From the IMG/VR virus record IMGVR_UViG_3300045988_038298: DNA of 51,717 nucleotides; one strand, given 5' to 3'. The position numbers and the translations under genes are program-made. Positions 45,207-51,717 of this stretch are shown piece after piece. Below the pieces are notes generated by a model that ran no database searches, was not told the DNA's origin, and saw nothing but the letters and a program-made list of their open reading frames with translations. The DNA comes from a virus. Position 1 is the first letter of the stretch. Each line of letters starts with the position of its first letter.

Positions 45207-45922
45207 TGAGCAGGTGGACAGTAATAAAACCACCTCTGCTACGGTTCTTTATACAGTACGAAGAAAATAGTAAACATTGTGACTATCGTGCAAAAATGTG
45301 AATATTAAATCTTTGACGGAACTCCGCAGCTAAAATCCGTCTGTTACATAAATTTCAAACATAATTAGGTCTTCACCTTATTCAATCATGGTAAAAGTCA
45401 TATTCTGCCACTGTGATGATAGGTCTGAGCTTCCGAGAGCGACTCTTGGCTTCCTATCACTGTCTAAGCACACATGGGATTGATACCCACAAATTTCACG
45501 GTTCTTTCAGAATGTTTTGCATAATGTTTTTTCTTATCCTCTTAAAACATTTTTTGAAAATTAAGAACTTGCCATACCGCTACTTTAACAAACCTCTTGT
45601 GTTATACTCCGATTTCTCAGATTCAAGGCAAATCAGCTTATTGAGAATTTCCAGTTAGTCCGTAGCCTCTCACACCACTCACATCACTGGATTATTTCTG
45701 CACCGCAGACGTCTATTAATCACTGACCACAAGGATTCTGCATTTAACTTCTCTATGATGATACACTGCAAGGCATTGTTGATGGTTTCCATCTCCATCA
45801 CCAGAATCACTCCCAGTGGAAAGAATCAGCTTATCCAATATTTCGAATAAGCCTATCTCGTCACCATTGCATCTCGGCATGACTGAAAAATCACTCTTCA
45901 CCGAGGTAATCATATTTGAAAA

Positions 45923-46001
45923 TAGCCGTATAAGGATTCGAACCTCAATCTTTCACTTTGGTAGGGGTAGAATGAACGCTTTACCATTAAGCTATACGGC
46001 T
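45923..46001 (-). tRNA. tRNA-like gene with a 15-nt anticodon loop
   Basis: - strand AGCCGTA TA GCTT AATGGTA AAGC G TTCAT TCTACCCCTACCAAA GTGAA AGAT TGAGG TTCGAAT CCTTA TACGGCT A. Confidence 0.55.
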
Positions 46002-46061
46002 TCCAACTACACTGTAGTAAGGAAAAGTTATGAAAAAGTTTTTTCTCCGAAACTCGGAGAG

Positions 46062-46135
46062 AGCTACCGTTCGGATTCGAACCGAAAACCTGTTGATTCG
46101 TAATCAACTGCTCTATCCATTTGAGCTATGATAGC
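46062..46135 (-). tRNA. tRNA-Arg (anticodon ACG)
   Basis: - strand GCTATCA TA GCTC AAATGGATA GAGC A GTTGA TTACGAA TCAAC AGGTT TTCGG TTCGAAT CCGAA CGGTAGC T; canonical cloverleaf except an A7:C66 mismatch. Confidence 0.85.
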
Positions 46136-46139
46136 TTAA

Positions 46140-46174
46140 GCATCGAGCGTGAACCAAGAAAAACCGCTCGATGC
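46140..46174 (-). other. 10-bp perfect hairpin immediately 5' of tRNA-Arg
   Basis: gcatcgagcg-15 nt-cgctcgatgc. Confidence 0.7.
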
Positions 46175-46297
46175 ATTATTTTAGGTGTTCCCGGGGAGAT
46201 GACAAGAAACCGGGAATAGGCCTGTCCCGGTTATGCTCCGAGTCTGCGTCCTACTAAGGAACAAGCCTTAACCGCCATCTGACGGTTAGTAGCAATA

Positions 46298-46325
46298 TTT
46301 ATAGTGCTGTACATTGCACTGTCAA
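46298..46325 (-). promoter_or_regulatory. sigma70 promoter TTGACA-16-TATAAA upstream of the tRNA cluster
   Basis: - strand ttgacagtgcaatgtacagcactataaa. Confidence 0.6.
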
Positions 46326-46400
46326 GGAATGAAAAACGAATGAACTTTTCGTCCTCAAGTACATAGTACCGTATTCGCTTGCTTTCATTGTCCCCATAAT

Positions 46401-47798
46401 TTACTCATCTTGGAATTTATCAAAGAGAGTTTCGCCTTTGTCACTGGCTTCTTCAATCATTGCTTTCGCTTCTGGCTCTGTCATCCCTTCAAACTTCACG
46501 AAGTACATCCATGCCGGTACTTTTCCCTGTACTACATAATTCCACCAACGAGCACGATCATCTTCAAGGTTGTACACAAGATCTTCAAATTCACATGCCG
46601 TCTGATATCCGGATGCCGTGATCGTTCCATTAGCTGTTCCAGTAGCGTAGAGAATGTATAAGATTCTGTGGATAACTCCATCATGGTTCTTTCCATCAAG
46701 GATTGTTCTGAATGCTTCAATTGTATGTAGCGTTCTTCTATCATCCGATTCAACCTGTGTTGCTGTCTGAATTCCTCTGGTCTCGTCAAACGAGAAGTAA
46801 CCATTTGAGAATCCGCACTTGTATCCGATGATAGACAGATAGAAGTTGATGGCAGCAGTTCTTTCAGCTACCAACATTGTCGGTACGTGTTCTTGAATCG
46901 TGCTGTCTGCATCAATTCCCATTTCAATTCCTCGGACGAATCTAGGAAGTTTGATTCCGTTCTGGCTTGCATACTGAATTGCTGACTGTGACACGAATGT
47001 GATGTGCTGACTATCTTCCTGTTCGTCACCCATCTTGTTTAGCGTGATGTCAAGCCATCTTAACTCTTCAATACATTCAGCGAACACTGGCACTGTAAGA
47101 GGAGATTCCTTATCAATCGCATTCGCATAAGGATTTCTCCAATACACGAACAGCGGATATTCCAATCCTCTTACTTCCACTTCCGGAAGTATGTCTTTCC
47201 ACTCATCTACTTTTTCCAGTGAGATTTCCGAGCCGATACGGTTCTTATCTTCACTCTTGAATGCTTTTGATGAAATCTTATAGACTCTTTCACCATTCAC
47301 ATCCTCAAATCTGTGATATTCTGCTTTTGTGTAGTACCTGTTTCCCTTTTTGATGTATGAGAAGAACACTGCTGCAAGTGCATCACCGTTAGTGTTGGTA
47401 TCTGTGATGATGAAATAATCCGGATCCAGGAACTCAATTCCCTGTCCATCCGTCTTGATCATCATTCCGCAAGTAGCACAGCTTTCTTCCTGTTTCTCCT
47501 GTAAAGTATTCAGCACCTCATCAAATTTCTTCTTGAGTGCATCGTTACCGTCAATCTCTACATTGACATTAAACAGCGTCAAGTTTGCAATCTCACGGCA
47601 AATGACATTAGAGAACCTTGTCGGTCTTATTGTTCCGTCCATGCTCCAAGTAGGAATGCCAGACCTCATGCTCTTATACAAATCTAAGGCAGTCTGCATT
47701 TCAGAAGAGCGACTAACCTCTATTCCAAATATATCTTTTACTTCATTAACTCCAAACATTCTGTTAAATACCGCCTTAATTTTTTGTATTAGTCCCAT
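46401..47798 (-). CDS. portal protein (SPP1 gp6-like)
   Basis: 465 aa directly after TerL with a TAATG overlap. Confidence 0.8.
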   Translation of the reverse strand: MGLIQKIKAVFNRMFGVNEVKDIFGIEVSRSSEMQTALDLYKSMRSGIPTWSMDGTIRPTRFSNVICREIANLTLFNVNVEIDGNDALKKKFDEVLNTLQEKQEESCATCGMMIKTDGQGIEFLDPDYFIITDTNTNGDALAAVFFSYIKKGNRYYTKAEYHRFEDVNGERVYKISSKAFKSEDKNRIGSEISLEKVDEWKDILPEVEVRGLEYPLFVYWRNPYANAIDKESPLTVPVFAECIEELRWLDITLNKMGDEQEDSQHITFVSQSAIQYASQNGIKLPRFVRGIEMGIDADSTIQEHVPTMLVAERTAAINFYLSIIGYKCGFSNGYFSFDETRGIQTATQVESDDRRTLHTIEAFRTILDGKNHDGVIHRILYILYATGTANGTITASGYQTACEFEDLVYNLEDDRARWWNYVVQGKVPAWMYFVKFEGMTEPEAKAMIEEASDKGETLFDKFQDE

Positions 47799-49123
47799 TA
47801 GTATTTCCACCTTAACCGCCTACGCAAGAATGTGTAGACATAATATCTTGTATCGTCCATCGCATGGTCATTCTCTTTGATAACCGTATCATTGTTCTTT
47901 TCCTCATCCCAACAGTACAGACCAAACTCATTGATACAGCTTGTACAATCCTTATATATCTTTAGGAGTCCTTTATTCAGCATCGTTGTGACTACTCGGA
48001 TTCCGTCCAGTACATCATTGTCGGCTTTCTTCACTGTGTACTCTCCGTACTTCTTAATTACCTCAATGAACGATGCAGCAGACGGATCTATGATGATACA
48101 GGATATTTTTCTGTCTCCGATCAGTTCCTTTAGCATCTTGTAATAGGCTTCATCATCTACACGCTTGCCGGCTTCTCTACTGTTGTAATACAATTCTGCT
48201 TCACGCTGTGAGTTCTTCCCATCGAATGCCCACAGACCGGCTGAGAATGGATTGACCGTACCATAGTCGATTGACACGATGTATTCCAGTGCTCCACTCA
48301 TGTGTTCGTCAGAAACATGCTTTTCTTCATCGAACATGGAATAGACAAGTCCTTCAGCCACACACCACAGTCCTAAGATATACCGCTTAAAGAAGACACC
48401 TACATACATGCTCCGGTATCTTTCCTTAATCTGCTCAGACAGTGAAAGATTATCGTCCATAGTGAAATGCAGATAGATGATGCGTTTCTCGTCACACTTA
48501 TCTATCCAATTAACCTTGAACCAATGTCTTGGACTGTTCGGATTGCAGTTAAACCAAAACTTAGAACCAGTAACGGAACATCGTCCTGTTGCCTGGTTCA
48601 CAAATGACTCTGGCATCAGTGCAACCTCATCAAAGAACATACCGGCAAGAGTGATACCCTGAATCAGATCCTGTGACCTTTCATCCTTACCGCCGAAGAT
48701 GTAGAAGAAATTCTGTGTATCTCCTTTGCTTACCACGATTAAGTTGTCTGATCTATGGTCCACAACTTGATATCCTCGGCTTTTCAGCATCAATTTCAAC
48801 CAAAACAATACGTTTCTTCGGAATGATCCGATTGTCTTTCCAGCCATACCGAAGTTCTGTTGGTTGAAACTTTCCATTGCCCACAGCACGTAGGACAGTG
48901 ACATGCACAGTGTCTTACCACTTCGGATTGCTCCGTCCGCTATGATTCCATCTTTGTCCTTTACCGGACTGCTAGGACACCACCATGTCAGCACCTGTTT
49001 CTGCTTTCTTGAGAAAGGCTTGAACTCAAATCCTTGTTTCTTAGCTTTCTCTTTCATGGCAGCAGCGCGTTTCATGATTCCTTTCCGGACAGAAGCTAAT
49101 CTTTCCTCAAAGTTATTCATCAT
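47798..49123 (-). CDS. terL: terminase large subunit
   Basis: Walker A DGAIRSGKT; acidic nuclease-domain residues; overlaps the TerS stop. Confidence 0.9.
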   Translation of the reverse strand: MMNNFEERLASVRKGIMKRAAAMKEKAKKQGFEFKPFSRKQKQVLTWWCPSSPVKDKDGIIADGAIRSGKTLCMSLSYVLWAMESFNQQNFGMAGKTIGSFRRNVLFWLKLMLKSRGYQVVDHRSDNLIVVSKGDTQNFFYIFGGKDERSQDLIQGITLAGMFFDEVALMPESFVNQATGRCSVTGSKFWFNCNPNSPRHWFKVNWIDKCDEKRIIYLHFTMDDNLSLSEQIKERYRSMYVGVFFKRYILGLWCVAEGLVYSMFDEEKHVSDEHMSGALEYIVSIDYGTVNPFSAGLWAFDGKNSQREAELYYNSREAGKRVDDEAYYKMLKELIGDRKISCIIIDPSAASFIEVIKKYGEYTVKKADNDVLDGIRVVTTMLNKGLLKIYKDCTSCINEFGLYCWDEEKNNDTVIKENDHAMDDTRYYVYTFLRRRLRWKY

Positions 49124-49580
49124 CTGTCCACACCTCACTCGCTGTGGAATTCAGTGCATCCATGAAGTTGTCTTTTGCATCTTCATCAGATCCATTGTCT
49201 TTGAACTGTGCTTCCAGTTTCGCAAGCTCAAGGTTCATCTTCCTATCGTCAACGTTACGTTTCAGAAGTTCCTGTGCTGCTTTGGTTCGTTCAGACAATG
49301 ATGCATCTAGGTCGAACTGATCTTTGATTTTCCCTCGCATGACATCAGTTAGATACTTCATGATTTCCTCAATATCTGCTATGTCTTTACTTGCGATTTG
49401 CTCCTGTCTAGCGTTGATATAGTCCAAAATATGAGGAACTTTGAGGTTATCAGCTCCAGTTCTATATGCTGTCTTTTCACTGTATCCTGCATTCTTCGCT
49501 GCCTGTGTTGCGTTTCCTAGCTTTAGGTACTCATCACAGAACTTTTTCTGCTTAGGTGTTAGCTTATCCTTCTTCCCCAT
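49113..49580 (-). CDS. terS: terminase small subunit
   Basis: LTPKQKKFCDEYLKLGNATQAAKNAGYSEKTAY HTH signature. Confidence 0.8.
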   Translation of the reverse strand: MGKKDKLTPKQKKFCDEYLKLGNATQAAKNAGYSEKTAYRTGADNLKVPHILDYINARQEQIASKDIADIEEIMKYLTDVMRGKIKDQFDLDASLSERTKAAQELLKRNVDDRKMNLELAKLEAQFKDNGSDEDAKDNFMDALNSTASEVWTDDE

Positions 49581-49856
49581 CTAACTACCTTCTTCCACAT
49601 ACTCATCGGTTTTCGAAAAACATTTCCTTACAAGATCCGCACTAATCACAATAATCTGTCCGATAGTGTACTTTCCTTTTCTTCTTACAACCTTTGCGAG
49701 TAATACATTCCCATCTTTTGGAATCTCTATTGGTGCAACGTACACCTCATTTATTCTGCATTCATGCTGTTCACCTAATGTTTCACAATTGTCGAGTATG
49801 TTGCACTTCTTTGTGTTGGAATGGCATCTTAAAAACTGTACGTCCAAATTAACCAC
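49581..49856 (-). CDS. hypothetical protein (about 90 aa; GTG or TTG start)
   Basis: ORF abutting terS. Confidence 0.45.
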   Translation of the reverse strand: MVNLDVQFLRCHSNTKKCNILDNCETLGEQHECRINEVYVAPIEIPKDGNVLLAKVVRRKGKYTIGQIIVISADLVRKCFSKTDEYVEEGS

Positions 49857-50028
49857 CGCCCTTTTCTTTACTGTCTCTTTTCTCCCTGTGTTCCATTTGA
49901 CACTTAATCATCTGTAGTACATTTGTCCTCTCTGTATGTATCCCATGTCCTTGACGGAATAGTTCACACTGCAAGATGTTCCCACAGTGCGTGCATTCAT
50001 CTGTTATTTCTCTGTTGGCAATCCTCAT
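49849..50028 (-). CDS. small Cys/His protein (59 aa, below the ORF-track cut-off)
   Basis: Hand translation MRIANREITDECTHCGNILQCELFRQGHG...; ATGA overlap with the upstream gene. Confidence 0.4.
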   Translation of the reverse strand: MRIANREITDECTHCGNILQCELFRQGHGIHTERTNVLQMIKCQMEHREKRDSKEKGGG

Positions 50029-50279
50029 GGTTTCACCTCATCCCATATATCCTTTAGGCAATTCACTATCTCAAGCTGTGATGTTGTTCTGATCAGTTCT
50101 AGATCTTTCTCTTTCCACTCTCCATGCCTGTCTCTTCCAAGTATCGGAGTAGATAGGATGTAGATGTTGATGAGTCTGTTTTGCTCAGCTGAGTAGAATT
50201 GCCTTTGGCTGTACTTGATGATTAAGCCAGTCTGTAATATTGCTCTTTGTAGCTTCTTGGATATTCCGTTGAGATTCAC
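50025..50279 (-). CDS. hypothetical protein (84 aa from a GTG start)
   Basis: GTG preceded by ggaggg; the ATG at 50315 lacks an RBS. Confidence 0.45.
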   Translation of the reverse strand: MNLNGISKKLQRAILQTGLIIKYSQRQFYSAEQNRLINIYILSTPILGRDRHGEWKEKDLELIRTTSQLEIVNCLKDIWDEVKP

Positions 50280-50335
50280 CTTTCTGTCCCTCCAAAATAA
50301 AAAGATTCCATGCATGATACAATGTCTCTTATACC

Positions 50336-50370
50336 ATTGTAACTGAATGAAATCTTTTCGTTGTACCCAT
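50336..50370 (-). promoter_or_regulatory. phage-specific promoter-like motif, copy c (ATGGGTACAAC-N18-TACAAT)
   Basis: Same 11-mer and spacing as copies a and b; heads the packaging operon. Confidence 0.55.
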
Positions 50371-50389
50371 ATTTATGAATTTTTGTACA

Positions 50390-50416
50390 TGAAAAAGACA
50401 GCCCATTAGGACTGCC
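50390..50416 (-). terminator. intrinsic terminator
   Basis: - strand GGCAGUCC-UAAU-GGGCUGUC followed by UUUUU. Confidence 0.65.
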
Positions 50417-50463
50417 TTAATATCTTTTATTTAATTACGTAAAAATAATAATCTGTTTTCTAG

Positions 50464-50495
50464 GCAAAAAGGGAACCCCATTTCTAGGATTCCCT
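50464..50495 (-). terminator. intrinsic terminator (first of a tandem pair)
   Basis: - strand GGGAAUCC-UAGAAAU-GGGGUUCCC followed by UUUUUG. Confidence 0.65.
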
Positions 50496-50554
50496 CAACA
50501 GGTGTCCGGATTGACCACCGGAGCCTCGTATTTCTACGTGTTCTCCTTCCTAAA

Positions 50555-50944
50555 CTACTCCCTGTTATTATGATAGTACCACGCTTTTTTTACTCTATCA
50601 ATCATTTTTCTTTCCTTTGGGCTCACATCATATGTTCCTTTTTCATCATGTATATATCCTTTGTGAGTATGCGGATCTTTCTTTTCGCCATTAACTTTAT
50701 GTTCATGTCCGATATCAATTTGTTTAAAATGCTTATTATGTTTATCGTAATAAGTTATGCTTTTAATTTTGTCCCGAGCATTGACAGTGACATATACACG
50801 GCCATTGGTCATCGTCTCTGCTGGTGTTGTTGCTGCTCCGTTTTTATATCTGACAAATTTAATGTTTCCTGACTGATAAAGTGTTTCATATTCTGTTCCA
50901 TATGGTTTATCACTCATCCCACTGGAACTACCTCTACCGCCCAT
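50555..50944 (-). CDS. hypothetical His-rich protein (129 aa)
   Basis: MGGRGSSSG...IDIGHEHKVNG..DPHTHKGYIHDE. Confidence 0.5.
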   Translation of the reverse strand: MGGRGSSSGMSDKPYGTEYETLYQSGNIKFVRYKNGAATTPAETMTNGRVYVTVNARDKIKSITYYDKHNKHFKQIDIGHEHKVNGEKKDPHTHKGYIHDEKGTYDVSPKERKMIDRVKKAWYYHNNRE

Positions 50945-51566
50945 TTATCTTCCTTTCCGTCAATGCTTCTCCGAATGACTTTATCTTTACAATGTTGCCA
51001 CGGCACTCATCCGGTATCATTCCGTAAAAGATGATTGTTTCTGGCTGAAGCCTTGACATCATTTCATTGTATCCATCAAGAAACAGTTTCTTTCTCTCTT
51101 TGCTGTTCATTACACCGACACTGGATACTGCAACAGTTCCACCAACCGGTTCACCATCAAAGCACCAGGAGAATGATTCCTTATCACTCCAACTGATTGT
51201 AGGTATCACATCAATCCCGTTCATCTGCATATAAGCACCAATCCAGTGCTTTCTAAAGTGGTTGTACAACTGTAACGCTTTAGGAAAATCTGTATACGTG
51301 CTGAAGTCAGGACTCATTACACACTTAAAGTCTTGTAACATGTTGATGTAGGTATCTGGCTGCGTCCATAATCTGTTAAACTGATAATCATCAATGAAGA
51401 AGTGTACTCCATGATCTGCTCTATCTTTACAGCTTTTCGCATAGTTGAATGATAGGAATTCGCATGGATTGTATGATGTAGGCTCTATCTGTGGTATTCC
51501 ATATTCGCCAACACCATCAAATAGCATCTTCTGTTGATTTTCGTAGTTCTGTGTACTTCTATACAT
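50934..51566 (-). CDS. DUF4417-like protein
   Basis: HFFIDDYQFNRLW..P..Y...L....CVMSPDFSTYTDFP...QLYN..R..W.G...Q..GI.VIPT..W. Confidence 0.65.
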   Translation of the reverse strand: MYRSTQNYENQQKMLFDGVGEYGIPQIEPTSYNPCEFLSFNYAKSCKDRADHGVHFFIDDYQFNRLWTQPDTYINMLQDFKCVMSPDFSTYTDFPKALQLYNHFRKHWIGAYMQMNGIDVIPTISWSDKESFSWCFDGEPVGGTVAVSSVGVMNSKERKKLFLDGYNEMMSRLQPETIIFYGMIPDECRGNIVKIKSFGEALTERKINGR

Positions 51567-51602
51567 AGAAAAATCCTCACATTCTACATAGTCTTTATAA
51601 CT

Positions 51603-51637
51603 ATTGTAAATTATGAGGATTTTTTTGTTGTACCCAT
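51603..51637 (-). promoter_or_regulatory. phage-specific promoter-like motif, copy a (ATGGGTACAAC-N18-TACAAT)
   Basis: The 11-mer lies in the terminal overlap (also at 9-19); about 65 nt upstream of the DUF4417 start. Confidence 0.55.
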
Positions 51638-51717
51638 CTTTGATTATTTCTCTACATTTTCTCAGAATTAATTCTTTGTTGCTTTCACAATCACTACTTT
51701 GTTTTCTTTGATCGTTA
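51619..51717. repeat. Second copy of the 99-bp terminal overlap
   Basis: Identical to bases 1-99. Confidence 0.95.

Noticed and set aside
45413-46107. Track ORFs 45413..45658(+), 45716..45913(-), 45816..46103(+) and 45910..46107(-) in the tRNA region.
   Set aside because: They have no RBS and give odd, low-complexity translations. Two of them overlap well-formed tRNA cloverleaves. The region is better explained as RNA genes.
24566-51566. Possibility of stop-codon reassignment (a suppressor tRNA combined with a recoded late region).
   Set aside because: Late genes, including the 1032-aa tape measure, the 887-aa tail protein, TerL and portal, are uninterrupted under the standard code. No in-frame stops need to be read through.

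Overview
The window is a complete, circularly closed genome of a temperate siphovirus-type phage: 51,618 unique bp plus a 99-bp end overlap (bases 1-99 equal 51619-51717). The host is probably a low-GC Gram-positive, Clostridia-like bacterium. No host flanks are present. Layout: (1) a + strand lysogeny module at 20.4-24.3 kb, with a cI-like HTH repressor, an ImmA/IrrE protease, two membrane/secreted cargo genes and a tyrosine integrase. (2) All other genes are on the - strand. A Cro-like gene heads a roughly 18-kb early operon (20.2 to 1.7 kb) carrying DUF1351, an ERF annealase, NinB-like and HNH-like proteins, a resolvase, a replisome organizer with embedded iterons, a PP-loop PAPS-reductase-like protein translationally coupled to a C5 DNA methyltransferase, a Lar-like protein, YopX, DUF551 x2, DUF1653 and many small zinc-ribbon proteins. 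(3) A separately promoted four-gene cassette lies at 1.6-0.05 kb. (4) After wrap-around come the late genes: DUF4417 cassette, TerS, TerL, portal, a roughly 4-kb accessory island, minor head protein, scaffold, capsid, connectors, tail tube, chaperones, tape measure, tail tip and fibre-like genes, holin and GH25 endolysin. The points most worth follow-up are non-coding: a three-copy phage-specific promoter-like motif; a roughly 270-nt structured leader containing a tRNA-like acceptor/T-arm minihelix; three covarying intercistronic stem-loops; a tRNA cluster in which two of three tRNA-like genes have non-canonical anticodon loops; and a 716-nt ORF-free gap between them that could be a large structured RNA. 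A tandem DUF2829 (Tad2-like) protein in the accessory island is also notable. All functional calls rest on motif recognition by eye. No database search was run.
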